A DNA stretch of 63,335 bases, counting the filler, from Thraustochytrium aureum (taxonomy: Eukaryota), in the NCBI GenBank assembly GCA_012862495.1. It is 6 parts of 3 records of this genome, joined end to end, with 100 filler letters (N's around TTAATTAATTAA, not from the genome) between each part and the next. Parts side by side here need not be neighbours in the genome. Positions count along the whole stretch, not along the records: positions 13,587 to 39,608 come from BLSG01000098.1; 5 more parts are not named here. One strand, 5' to 3'. Below, in pieces: positions 24,692-35,587 of the stretch. Each line of letters opens with the position of its first letter. Position 1 is the first letter of the stretch. The notes beneath the pieces are model-generated. The model worked only from the letters and a program-made list of their open reading frames with translations. It had not been told where the DNA came from and made no database searches. Position numbers and translations under genes: made by a program.

Positions 24692-26110
24692 AGCAGCCCA
24701 GTCAGCGTCGAGTTGGTCTCGAGCGCTTTGCCGAGCGCGGCTGCCCCTGCATCGGAGATGTTGCTCTGGGAAAGACTGTTGTTGTTGGGCAGCGCGTTGT
24801 ATTGCGTTCGTTTGTCCGCTAGCGTTAGCGAGCAATGAAAGTGAGGGGGATTCACTCACGCGTCCAAGTACTCGCAGAGAGGCAGGGGAGGTGAGGGGAA
24901 GGAGCGCACTCGGCACACCGCACTGCGTCCCCGCAACAACGTACGCGAGGAAAGTCAGCGTCGAGTTGGTCTCGAGCACTTTGCCGAGCGCGACAGCCCC
25001 TGCATCGGAGATTGGGTTGAAACCAAGACTGTCGTTGTCGTTGCACGAACCGAGCACCGCAGCGCGTGCGTTGAGTTCGTTCGTTAGCGAGTGAGCGAGT
25101 GAGAAAGGGGGGAGGTTCGCGCGAGAGCATTCGGCGCACCGCACTGCGTCCCTGTAACGACTCACCCCAGCGCAACCAGCGTCGAGTTGGTCTCGAGCAT
25201 TTTCGCGAGCTCAGCAGCGCCTGTATGGGAGATTTCGTTTTCACCAAGACTGTCTTTTTTGTTGCATGAACGGAGGACGGCAGCTCGTTCGTTAACGAGC
25301 GGCGAGAAAGAAAGCATGTGCGGCCGTGCAAGCTGTAGATAGAGAGGGAGGAGTGATGAAGGAGCGCGTTCGGCAAACCGCATTGTATCCCTGCAACGAC
25401 TTACGCCAAGCTAGTCAGCGTCGAGTTTGTCTGGAGCGCCTTGCTGAGCGCGGCAGCTCCTGCATCGGAAATGTGATTGTCGTTAAGGCTGTCGTTGGAG
25501 GGCGAACGGAGGACGACAGCGCGTTGTGTTGAGTTCGTTCGTTAGCGAGTGAACGAGCGAGAATGGGGGCAGGTTCGCGAACGCATTCGGCACACCACAC
25601 TGCGTCCCTGCAACGCCTTACCTGAGCTTCGCCAGCGTCGAGTTGGTCTCGAGCGCCTTGGCGAGCACGGCAGCTCCTGCATCGGAGATCGCGTTGTTGT
25701 CAAGACTGTGGATGAAGTTGTCAGTTCGGCCACTACTTTGACCACGACAACGGCTGCTCTGCTAGGAACGGGCTTTCGCACGGGCTTGGCAGACCGCACA
25801 GCGGAGCTCTTCTGCGCCGTCTTGCAGAGACTTACTGTATCTCCTTTACCGTCTTGTTGCTTTTGAGGACCTTGGCCAGCGCGTCAACGCCTGCGTCGCC
25901 AATTCTTCGGCGATCAAGGCTGTCGATTCGACAAATCGGGCGCGAGCGTTGTCAGTCTTCAGCCCCGCAGCATACCTTGCCAGCCCCGCAGCAAACCTTG
26001 CCAGCCCCGCAGCAAACCTTGCCAGCCAGCCACCTTGCAACTCACTCGATCTCCTTCTCGCCGCGCTTGATCGCGGCCAGCGCCTCGTCCACGTTCTTCA
26101 CCTTGACCAT
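24692..26110 (-). CDS. Multi-exon ribonuclease-inhibitor/NLRC3-type LRR protein: exon 1 26110-26046, then 84-nt exons 25919-25836, 25705-25622, 25488-25405, 25249-25166, 25028-24945 and 24775-24692; probably continues into the gap at 23881-24502
   Basis: All six cassettes are exactly 84 nt, bounded by CAG acceptors and GTAAGT/GTAAGG/GTGAGT/GTACGT donors, all phase 2. The spliced product is open: MVKVKNVDEALAAIKRGEKEID-LDRRRIGDAGVDALAKVLKSNKTVKEIH-LDNNAISDAGAAVLAKALETNSTLAKLS-LNDNHISDAG..TSLA-LGENEISHTG..VALG-LGFNPISDAG..TFLA-LSQSNISDAG..TGL. Confidence 0.92.
25960..26030. repeat. 21-bp tandem repeat (cagccccgcagcaaaccttgc, about 3 copies) in LRR intron 1
   Basis: Visible near-identical direct repeats. 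Confidence 0.85.
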
Positions 26111-27147
26111 CCTGCTCCTGCGCCGCTGCCGCTTGTCTTGTCGCCCACTCGCGCGTCGCAATCGGTGTCTGCCTCAGCCAGTGCGGCACAAGTTCAAGTA
26201 GAAACCGTACTTGGCACAAGCAAAGTGGAAGAAACTCCGTGGTGTTAGTGGGTTACCTACGAGAAAGTCTAGGAGTTCAGCTGCCTGCTTAGGCAGCCAG
26301 TGACGGTACAGTACATCGCTGCGCGCGACGGAGACCCCGTGCTGAAGAGCCCCCAGGCAGTCCCATAGGAACCAGACTGGCACCCGAAAGTCTGAAGATG
26401 ACGAAGAACCTGACGGATAATGGCCTTGCGATGCTGACACGAAACGTCCTGTGACAAACTCAAGCTTGTTTACGACGACCTTTGTTCGACCTTTGTTTAC
26501 GACCTTCGGACTCGAAGCAACCTCTTGGTGGAGCAGCCGGAGATAACCAGCTCAAGCCTGCGAGCCCAGCCACCAGTGGCCTCGATCACGAAGGGTAGCA
26601 AGGCCTTGCCAGAGAGCGACACGTCAGCTGCATGCTTGTTGTTATTTCAGCTTCACGAACCACCGCGGCGCGGCCCAGCAGGAACGGGACCCTGCGCTCG
26701 AGGACCATCGAGCAGTCTGTTCCAGCTCCCAATGCGAATCCTCCCTGTGCACGGTGGTCGTGGTGGCGCGACCGCCAAAGAAAGGTGAAACAAACGGCAC
26801 TGCCAAACAAACCTAGATGAGCAGGTCAGGCACAAGCCAGCGCTCCTGAACCCCTCCGACTTGAATCCATCCTCCACATCCCAGCCACCGCACCCCCACA
26901 CGGCACGCCAGCCATCAACGAACCAACCATCAAACCCCCGAGACGACTCGCACAAACCAAACCGTCAGGAAGTCTATTCTCCGCGACGCAACAAAAAACG
27001 CCACAAAGGAAGTTCACGAAGCTTCCTCCAAGAGGCAATAGAAAAACGAAGCCAAAAAAGGCTAAAAAACAGAAGCCAAAAAGAGAGCGTGCGCGGAACA
27101 GGTGCAAAAGCAGCAGACCCCGAACGCGGACAAGCGCGCGGAGCACG

Positions 27148-27222
27148 AGCAGGCGCAGAGGCAGGCGCAGAGGCAGGCGCAGAGGCAGGCGCAGAGGCAG
27201 GAGCAGGAGCAGGAGCAGGAGC
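27148..27222. repeat. 12-bp (gcaggcgcagag) and 6-bp (gcagga) tandem repeats upstream of the protease gene
   Basis: Visible direct repeats. Confidence 0.85.
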
Positions 27223-27279
27223 GTCTGTGTGTTGCGGCGGCGCTGTGGCGAGCGCGCGCGGGCTCGGTTCTGCGAGAGG

Positions 27280-30105
27280 ATGCCCGTGAGCAAGTTGTTC
27301 TGTGGTGTCCATGGTGGAGCTCCGAGGAGCGCCAAGGCGTCCGAGGGCGAGGAGCGCCCGCAGAGCGCCGAGGCCAGGGCGAAGAAGAGGCTGTCGGAAA
27401 GGGTCAAGTCGGCCGCCGTGGAGATGATTCGAAAGTCGAGCGTGGCGGCGGGAGCGCAGAGCGGCGGGTTTTCTGCTGCGCTGGAGAAGGTGACGCCGGC
27501 CGTGGTCGTGCTCGAGACAAACTACTCGCGCGCGTTCGAAGGCGAGACGGCCGGGTCCTCCACCGCGACCGGGTTTGTTGTCGACAAGAAGCGCGGCATC
27601 ATCCTGACAAACCGGCACGTCGTGACGAACGGCCCCGTCCGCGCGCACGCAAAGTTCATCAACAAGGAAGAGATCCCCGTGGAGGCAATCTACGCCGACC
27701 CGGTGCACGACTTTGCCTTTTTCCGGTTCGACCCCGCAGCGCTAAAGTTTATAGATGTGGTAGAGATCGCTCTGGCCCCGAGCCGCGCCCGCGTCGGACT
27801 CGAGATCCGCGTCGTCGGCAACGACGCCGGCGAGCAGCTCCAGATCTTGGGCGGCACGCTGGCCCGGCTGGACCGCGACGCGCCCGCCTACTCGGGCGGC
27901 GTGTACTCGGACTACAACACGTTCTACTACTCGGCTGCCAGTAGCACGTCGGGCGGGTCGAGCGGCAGCCCCGTCGTCGACGCCGAGGGGTACGCGGTCG
28001 CCCTCAACGCCGGCGCTCGCACGGGCACCGCCTCGTCCTTTACCTCCCCCTGCACCGCGTCGTTCGCGCACTCGACTTTATCCGCAAAGACCAGCCGGTG
28101 CCCCGGCGCACGGTCCAGGCCGTCTTCACCCACGAGTCGTTCTCCGAGGTGGAGCGCCTCGGCCTGCCTGAAGAGGTCCAGGCCAAGGTCCGTGCGCAGT
28201 CGCCCGAAGCAACAGGCATGCTCGTTGCGAGCGTGATGGTGCCGTCTGGGCCTGCGGCCAAGGCCGGCCTCCAGGTCGGCGACATTTTGGTCAAGCTGAA
28301 CGGCACACTCTTGCACGAGTTTGCCCCGCTCGAGATGGCCATGGACGACTCCCTCTCGCTGACCATGGAGGTGCAGCGCGGCGCGATCTCGCACACGATC
28401 ACGGTGAAAACGGACGACCTTCACGAGCTGGCGCCCCGCGAGTTTATGGAGATCAGCGAGGCCATCGTGCACCCGCTCAGCTACCACCAGGCGCTGGCGT
28501 CGCAGCTCCCGATCGGAGCGGTCGTCGTCGCGACTCCGGGCTATATGCTTCGGCGCGCCGGCCTGGGCCGCGACAGCGTGATCTTGGCGGTGGGCGACGA
28601 GGAGACGCCCGACCTCGAGTCCTTTTCGCGCGCCATCACAAAGTACCCCGACCTTGCCAAGGTATCCTTGCGCACCACGCACCTGAGCGACCGGTTCCGC
28701 GAGGCTGTCATCAGCCTCGAGGTGGACCGCACCTGGTTCGTGTGGCGACACGCGCGGCGCACCTTCAGCAACGGGGTCATCGCTTGGCAGTACACCGACC
28801 TGCCGAAGCCCTCGCTGGAGCTTCCAAAGCCGCACAGGCGCATCCGGATTCGGTCGAACGAGGCCGCCGTGCTGTTCATGGTGCGCTTCAACTCGCCCTT
28901 CTACTTGGACGGCCTCTCGGGGTCGTCCTGGGTCGGCGCCGGCGTGCTGGTGGACGCCCAGGAGGGCTTGGTCGTGACGGACCGCAACACGGTCCCCAAC
29001 GCGCTCGGCAACTGCTCGGTGACGATTGGCGACACTTACTCGGTGCCTGCCCAGGTCGTCTTCGTTCACCCGACGCAGAACTTTTCGCTCCTCAAGTTTG
29101 ACGCCGCCCTGCTCGAGTTTGACGTCGACGACGCGGTGACCCGGCTCGAGGCGGAGCAGTCCCCCGTCAAGCTGCGGCCCGGCATGACCACCGTCTTTGC
29201 CGGATACACGCGCCAGCTCAATATCATCAAGCAGCGCTGCGAGGTCAACCTGGTGGACCGCCTCGTCGCCCTTCCCGCCGGACCCGCCGCGCTTCACGGC
29301 GCGCAACCAGACCGTGATCCATCTCGACAAGGTGGTCGGCAACCTCGGGGGCGTGCTGCAGGACGACGAGGGCCTCATCCAGGCGTTTTGGTTTCCTTTT
29401 CGCTGCGAAGCAGCACGGGCGAAAACGTCGAGGCCGCCGTCGGGATCCCCGCGGAGATCATCTTTGACACCGTCAACAAGCTGCGCGGCAACTTTGTTGG
29501 CAAGGAGAATGTGGTCGCGACGCTGGGCGTCGACCTCAGCGTTGTGCACATCGCCCAGGCTTCTGCGGCCATGGGGCTCAGCGAGGCCTGGGTCGAAGAC
29601 CTCGCCGCAGCCAACCCGGAAAACACGCACGTCATTAGTGTGCGGACTGTGATGGCCGACTCGCCCTCCTCGGACAAGATCAAGGCGGGCGACCTGTTGC
29701 TCGCGGTGGACGGCGAGCCGCTCACAGACCTCCCGCAGCTCGACCTCTCCCTTGGCGAGAAGGACGCGGTGGAGCTCACCTTGCTGCGCAGTCTCAAGGA
29801 GATCACTATCTCGGTGCCAGTGACGCGCATTCCGGCCTGCGCCACGACGCGCGTCGTCATTTTCGCGGGCATGACGCTGCAGGCCCCGCACCCAGAGGTC
29901 GCCTTCACGGGCCACCTCCCCGAGGAGTGCAAGGGGTCGGGGGTTTACTGCACCTTTTGGTACTTTGGTTCGCCAAGTGACATGTACCAAATGGAGGCCA
30001 CGTCGTTCATCATCGGCATCAACGAGAAGGACACGCCCACGCTGGACGACTTTCTCGACGCCGTGTCCGACATAAGCGATGACGAGTTCATGCGCGTGCG
30101 CCTCG
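27280..30105 (+). CDS. NMA111: Nma111/Ynm3/Deg7-type HtrA serine protease with duplicated protease-PDZ architecture (frameshifts near 28043, 29280 and 29400; 3' end in gap)
   Basis: Catalytic triad motifs [30 protein letters not shown] and [11 protein letters not shown] ([14 protein letters not shown]); second degenerate protease domain ([19 protein letters not shown]). Confidence 0.9.
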
Positions 30106-32491
30106 NNNNNNNNNNNNNNNNNNNNNNNNNNNNNNNNNNNNNNNNNNNNNNNNNNNNNNNNNNNNNNNNNNNNNNNNNNNNNNNNNNNNNNNNNNNNNNN
30201 NNNNNNNNNNNNNNNNNNNNNNNNNNNNNNNNNNNNNNNNNNNNNNNNNNNNNNNNNNNNNNNNNNNNNNNNNNNNNNNNNNNNNNNNNNNNNNNNNNNN
30301 NNNNNNNNNNNNNNNNNNNNNNNNNNNNNNNNNNNNNNNNNNNNNNNNNNNNNNNNNNNNNNNNNNNNNNNNNNNNNNNNNNNNNNNNNNNNNNNNNNNN
30401 NNNNNNNNNNNNNNNNNNNNNNNNNNNNNNNNNNNNNNNNNNNNNNNNNNNNNNNNNNNNNNNNNNNNNNNNNNNNNNNNNNNNNNNNNNNNNNNNNNNN
30501 NNNNNNNNNNNNNNNCGAGGGCTGCTTTCCAACGGCTCGGTTTTCTGCTTCAAGGCTGCTCCCACGACCTCACGTCGATCGAGTCTGGTGGCTCGGTCCG
30601 CCAGTGGGAGGAAGCGTACTCTGCGCCATGCCTTGCAGCTCGAGAACGTCTCCCAGGTGCTTGCTCTGCCTCCGCGTCCGCGGCAACCGGGTCCCTTTTT
30701 CAGGCCGCAGGTGCGCGTTGGCGATTCGCCAAATTGTGCTGGCAGATGACTTGGCTCTAGAGAATCGCGTGAGCATCGATGAACCCCGCGGCGGGCTGTC
30801 CAGTGTCCATTCACCCGCCCGTCGAACAGCAGCAGCAACAGCAGCAACTCGAACATCAAAGCCTCTGAGGCCAAAGTTCCGCCTTAATGCAAAAACCGAT
30901 TAAGGCGAGTCGGCCCGCCGTGCAAGCGGCCAAGGCGCCATCGCGCTCTCGCGGCGGTCGCGGAGACCACGGAAAGCGACTTCGTTCGGGTGTCGCACGC
31001 GCCCCGGCCTCTCTGCTCCACTGTGCGCTTGGGTCAGGCAGCTCACTGGGTTGGNNNNNNNNNNNNNNNNNNNNNNNNNNNNNNNNNNNNNNNNNNNNNN
31101 NNNNNNNNNNNNNNNNNNNNNNNNNNNNNNNNNNNNNNNNNNNNNNNNNNNNNNNNNNNNNNNNNNNNNNNNNNNNNNNNNNNNNNNNNNNNNNNNNNNN
31201 NNNNNNNNNNNNNNNNNNNNNNNNNNNNNNNNNNNNNNNNNNNNNNNNNNNNNNNNNNNNNNNNNNNNNNNNNNNNNNNNNNNNNNNNNNNNNNNNNNNN
31301 NNNNNNNNNNNNNNNNNNNNNNNNNNNNNNNNNNNNNNNNNNNNNNNNNNNNNNNNNNNNNNNNNNNNNNNNNNNNNNNNNNNNNNNNNNNNNNNNNNNN
31401 NNNNNNNNNNNNNNNNNNNNNNNNNNNNNNNNNNNNNNNNNNNNNNNNNNNNNNNNNNNNNNNNNNNNNNNNNNNNNNNNNNNNNNNNNNNNNNNNNNNN
31501 NNNNNNNNNNNNNNNNNNNNNNNNNNNNNNNNNNNNNNNNNNNNNNNNNNNNNNNNNNNNNNNNNNNNNNNNNNNNNNNNNNNNNNNNNNNNNNNNNNNN
31601 NNNNNNNNNNNNNNNNNNNNNNNNNNNNNNNNNNNNNNNNNNNNNNNNNNNNNNNNNNNNNNNNNNNNNNNNNNNNNNNNNNNNNNNNNNNNNNNNNNNN
31701 NNNNNNNNNNNNNNNNNNNNNNNNNNNNNNNNNNNNNNNNNNNNNNNNNNNNNNNNNNNNNNNNNNNNNNNNNNNNNNNNNNNNNNNNNNNNNNNNNNNN
31801 NNNNNNNNNNNNNNNNNNNNNNNNNNNNNNNNNNNNNNNNNNNNNNNNNNNNNNNNNNNNNNNNNNNNNNNNNNNNNNNNNNNNNNNNNNNTTTTGCTCG
31901 CGTTTTTGCTCGGTTTTCGCTTGCTTGCGCGTTAAATTAACCGCGTGCTAACGTGCGCTTCACCTTGCAGATCAGCGCAAGGTCATGGTCGGTTCTGTGC
32001 GCTCCGTCTTTATCCCTGCCCCTGTGAAGGGCAACCCCGGGGCCCCCAGCGCTTGAGCTCCACGGCAGGCGCAATTCATGCGCGGCAGCGCCTGCTGATT
32101 GCTGGGTTTTCTGCATAGAAACCAACAGCACTCGAGTATTGCTTGCTTGCACCTTGCCCTTTTCTCCTTCCATTCCTCGAGTCCTTCCGTCGAAACGGAC
32201 GAGGCCGTCCGCAGGCCTCTTGGCAGCGCCAGCGCGCGTCTCGTGGCGTCCGTCGCGCGAAGGCAAAGCGCTTGCTCGCGCGAAGGGGCCCTCGAGTCAG
32301 TGTCTCGAGCCTTGTCCCACCTGCTCTTGCAAGACGAGGTCCACTTGACCCGCCTGCCTGCCTCGCGCTCGCAAACGCTGCTCGGCGGCCGGCCGTGCGT
32401 TCGTGCGAGCTGCCCATCTGGCCGTCGGCCTCGCTGAGCGCCGCGCAGGCTGCCAGGCGAGGTGCCCGGGGAGAGGAGTGCGGGGCGAACG

Positions 32492-33052
32492 ATGGCCAAC
32501 GAGGCTGCCACGATGTTCTCAGGGCTTTCCGTCTGGGCGGAGGCCTCGGCGCTCCAGCCTGTGATTGCTTGGGCAGCCGCTACGTACGGGCTGCACGCGC
32601 ATCCGGCGCACATGACGCTCGTGTACGGCGTGCCGGAGGAGGCAGGCCTCGAGAGCAAGTTTGACGCGCTCGTCAGGTCTGCCGCAGCCACGAAGGTGGT
32701 CCAGGCAGTGCCCAAGCGCGTCGAATTCGGGACGTCCAAGCTGTTTGGGCACGGGTACTGCGACGTGTTCTTCGAGCCGAGCGACGAGCTGGCCAGCCTT
32801 TTCGAGCTGGCCATGTTGGAGCTGAATTGGTTCGAAAAGCGCGAGTCCTTCGCCGGCGCGCCGCACGCTTGTCTTGCTTACGCAGCACCCGCGGTAGAGG
32901 CGCTGCACGACGGGGCCTTTTGCGAGGCATTGCTGGCTAGGTTTCCGTCGCTGCTCGACACGCCGGTTGCGTTTGAGCGGGTGTCGCTTTGGTCCACCGA
33001 AGGGACGACGAGGCAGTGGCGCCGCTTGCGGTCGTTCAGGCTGGCCGAGTGA
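32492..33052 (+). CDS. 2H phosphoesterase / cyclic phosphodiesterase (CPDase-like)
   Basis: GLSVWA N-terminus, AHMTL and PHACLAY (two His motifs, the second lacking S/T) and C-terminal SLWSTEG. Confidence 0.7.
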   Translation: MANEAATMFSGLSVWAEASALQPVIAWAAATYGLHAHPAHMTLVYGVPEEAGLESKFDALVRSAAATKVVQAVPKRVEFGTSKLFGHGYCDVFFEPSDELASLFELAMLELNWFEKRESFAGAPHACLAYAAPAVEALHDGAFCEALLARFPSLLDTPVAFERVSLWSTEGTTRQWRRLRSFRLAE

Positions 33053-33271
33053 AAGGCGCGGGCAGCGTCGCTCGAGCGGCAAACACGACGAGAAAGCCCG
33101 CTGCAGGCGCTGTTTGGCCTTGGAACCCGGGGGAAGGCAGGTTCGGGTTGGTTTTCGCATGTTTTGAACAAAAAACGAGATTTGGCGCGCTGGGCGCTGC
33201 GGTGTCCCTGGCTTTACACAGCAGGCGCACGCCCTAGTGGCCTGACGCCCCACCTTCGCCAGCCTCGCGCC

Positions 33272-34615
33272 CTAGAAGCGGAACTTGCAGGGGCCGCTTG
33301 TCGCAGCCGCCTGGCAACAGTGCAAGAACCGTTGCGGCTGCTCTCGCAAAAGCGCCGGCACGTCGTGGGCACCACGCAGCGGCTCGATGCCCAATATCAT
33401 GCAAAAGAGTTCGTGCCACGTGAAAGCCTCTACATCATAGTCAAACGGGTCGAGGCCTTTGCAGGAATGCTCCCGCACGCGCTCTGGATCGATATTTCGT
33501 TCGTTGCGCAGGCGGTCCCTGTGCCCGTAGGCCAGCATCTTTTGCACAATTTTCTCGATAGAGTCGAGGCACCAAGAGCAGTGCCAGCCCGCCTCGGCGA
33601 GAACGATGCGGTCGTTCCGCCCGTGGTTGAGGCTAAAGATCGTAGCCGTACCCTGGTAGAGCCTCGCGCTCGACCTGTCCACGAAGTCTGCCCGTAGAAA
33701 CTCGAAACTGTACATAACGTTTCTGAGCTGAAGCTGCACGGCGCTCCAGTCGGGCCAGCGGCAGGAGCGCAGCAGCTCCAAAGTTGAGCGCCGCGGTATC
33801 TCGTCCAGGTCGCTGAACAGCAGGATGTCGCCGGGCTGAAACCCGACGCTGCTGTACGTTTCAGGCCACCTGAGGACCCTCCGCAGCTTGTTTTCCAGAT
33901 AAAAGGTGTCCTTCTTGGCCCTCTCTTCCATGGCCTCGAAGCCGTCGCACTCTTCTTGAAGAACGGACATGTACATAATCTTGTCTTGGAAGCGCTCGAA
34001 CCGCTTGAGGCGCATGCCGTCTCGCAGGGTTTCCGTCTTTGGTTTGCCGTTGAACAAGCACGGCGTTTCAAACAGGATAAACTTTGTGACCAGCGGTGCG
34101 AGCTCGTGGAGCCGCACCTCGAGAATGTCCCACTCGTTTGTGACGATGACAATGTCAAAGACTCGAGCTTGGCTGTTTGCCACTGTCATCCCATGGAGCG
34201 GGCACGAAACAGCGGGGTCCCCCGACCACCCAAAGTTGGTGATAAACGTGCACTCGTCGCGATGGTCGGTGTCCCAGGCAGGCCGCAGCACGGTAATGAT
34301 CATCCGCCAGGCGCGAAAACCTGCCCCGCTTGCAATCGCCGCAACTACGAGAACAGCTGCGATGGCCAGCCACATCCACCGCCGTGCGCATGCTCCTGCG
34401 CACCGCATCGCCAAGGCGTTGGCTCTCGCTACGCGCTTGGCGCGGGATTCGCCCTGGCACTTGCCGAAGAGTGTGGTCGGCCGACATGGGGCATCGTCGT
34501 CCCATTTTTCTTGCTCACCAACGAGCGGGTCGCCGGCCTCAACGTCATCTCGACCGCAGTGCGCTGCATGCCCGCCACCACGCCGCGCTTGCGTCTGGCC
34601 CCTCCTCGCGAGCAT
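33272..34615 (-). CDS. Glycosyltransferase family 17 (GnT-III/MGAT3-like), type II membrane protein
   Basis: TM segment WMWLAIAAVLVVAAI, then NEWDILEVRLHEL..FILFE..FNGKPK, SDLDEIP and AGWHCSWC. Confidence 0.9.
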   Translation of the reverse strand: MLARRGQTQARRGGGHAAHCGRDDVEAGDPLVGEQEKWDDDAPCRPTTLFGKCQGESRAKRVARANALAMRCAGACARRWMWLAIAAVLVVAAIASGAGFRAWRMIITVLRPAWDTDHRDECTFITNFGWSGDPAVSCPLHGMTVANSQARVFDIVIVTNEWDILEVRLHELAPLVTKFILFETPCLFNGKPKTETLRDGMRLKRFERFQDKIMYMSVLQEECDGFEAMEERAKKDTFYLENKLRRVLRWPETYSSVGFQPGDILLFSDLDEIPRRSTLELLRSCRWPDWSAVQLQLRNVMYSFEFLRADFVDRSSARLYQGTATIFSLNHGRNDRIVLAEAGWHCSWCLDSIEKIVQKMLAYGHRDRLRNERNIDPERVREHSCKGLDPFDYDVEAFTWHELFCMILGIEPLRGAHDVPALLREQPQRFLHCCQAAATSGPCKFRF

Positions 34616-34673
34616 CTTGCCCGCGCAGCAGCTGCCTTTGCTCTGCTCTTCTTTTGAATAGCTTGTTCTTTCG

Positions 34674-35290
34674 CGTCACGTTGGGGGTAGAGTTTCGAGA
34701 GAGTGGTTTAATTTACGTCACATTGGTGTCAAGGTTTCGAGAGAGTGGTTTAATTTACGTCATATATGGGGTCAAGGTTTCGAAGTGTTGTTCGATCGCG
34801 TCACACTAAGGGGTACGGTTTCGAGAGAGTGGTTCGACCACGTCACATTNNNNNNNNNNNNNNNNNNNNNNNNNNNNNNNNNNNNNNNNNNNNNNNNNNN
34901 NNNNNNNNNNNNNNNNNNNNNNNNNNNNNNNNNNNNNNNNNNNNNNNNNNNNNNNNNNNNNNNNNNNNNNNNNNNNNNNNNNNNNNNNNNNNNNNNNNNN
35001 NNNNNNNNNNNNNNNNNNNNNNNNNNNNNNNNNNNNNNNNNNNNNNNNNNNNNNNNNNNNNNNNNNNNNNNNNNNNNNNNNNNNNNNNNNNNNNNNNNNN
35101 NNNNNNNNNNNNNNNNNNNNNNNNNNNNNNNNNNNNNNNNNNNNNNNNNNNNNNNNNNNNNNNNNNNNNNNNNNNNNNNNNNNNNNNNNNNNNNNNNNNN
35201 NNNNNNNNNNNNNNNNNNNNNNNNNNNNNNNNNNNNNNNNNNNNNNNNNNNNNNNNNCTCGTCACGTAGGGGGCCATTGTTTCGAGCGTA
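34674..35290. repeat. Degenerate ~42-bp minisatellite (cgtcaca..gggg..gtttcgagagagtggtt) between divergent GT17 and poly(A) polymerase genes, interrupted by an N gap
   Basis: Four units plus a partial before the gap, and one recognisable unit (cgtcacgtagggg..gtttcgagc) after it. Confidence 0.8.
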
Positions 35291-35587
35291 AATCTTCTTT
35301 GGTGCGCAAGCGACACGGCGGTCGAGCAGAAGCCCTTCTTCCCCCGCTAGCGGCGACGAGAGGCTCGCTCGGTCGCGAGCTCGCTGCAGAGAGTCCGCGA
35401 TTGAAAGCGAGGGGCTCGGGCCCGATCTGGCGCCGTGCTGGTGGCTGCCGCGCTCTGGTGGCTGCCCTGTTCGTTGGTCAAGGTGCTCGATCGATCCGGT
35501 TGTGGTTGGTTTTGTTGTTGTTGACGGCGGGGAGCTCGCGTTCTCCGTCCTGGTCCTGCGCCCGCTGGAGCACGGCAGGCGGCGAGA

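Noticed and set aside
24692..25705. Repeat-spacer-like periodicity as a CRISPR array
   Set aside because: The conserved units are protein-coding exons with splice sites, the spacers are homologous introns, there are no cas genes, and the genome is eukaryotic.
26200..26830. Lower-GC unexplained sequence upstream of the LRR gene (similar stretches at 42500-43200 and 58300-58690) as transposon remnants
   Set aside because: No terminal repeats or transposase/RT motifs are recognisable by eye.
27927..29990. Long antisense or overlapping ORFs (e.g. 687 aa on the minus strand) and ORFs running through N gaps
   Set aside because: These are shadows of GC3-rich real genes, or artefacts of Ns lacking stop codons.
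34674..34849. 42-bp array as a CRISPR array
   Set aside because: Whole units are similar with no unique spacers; it behaves as a minisatellite.
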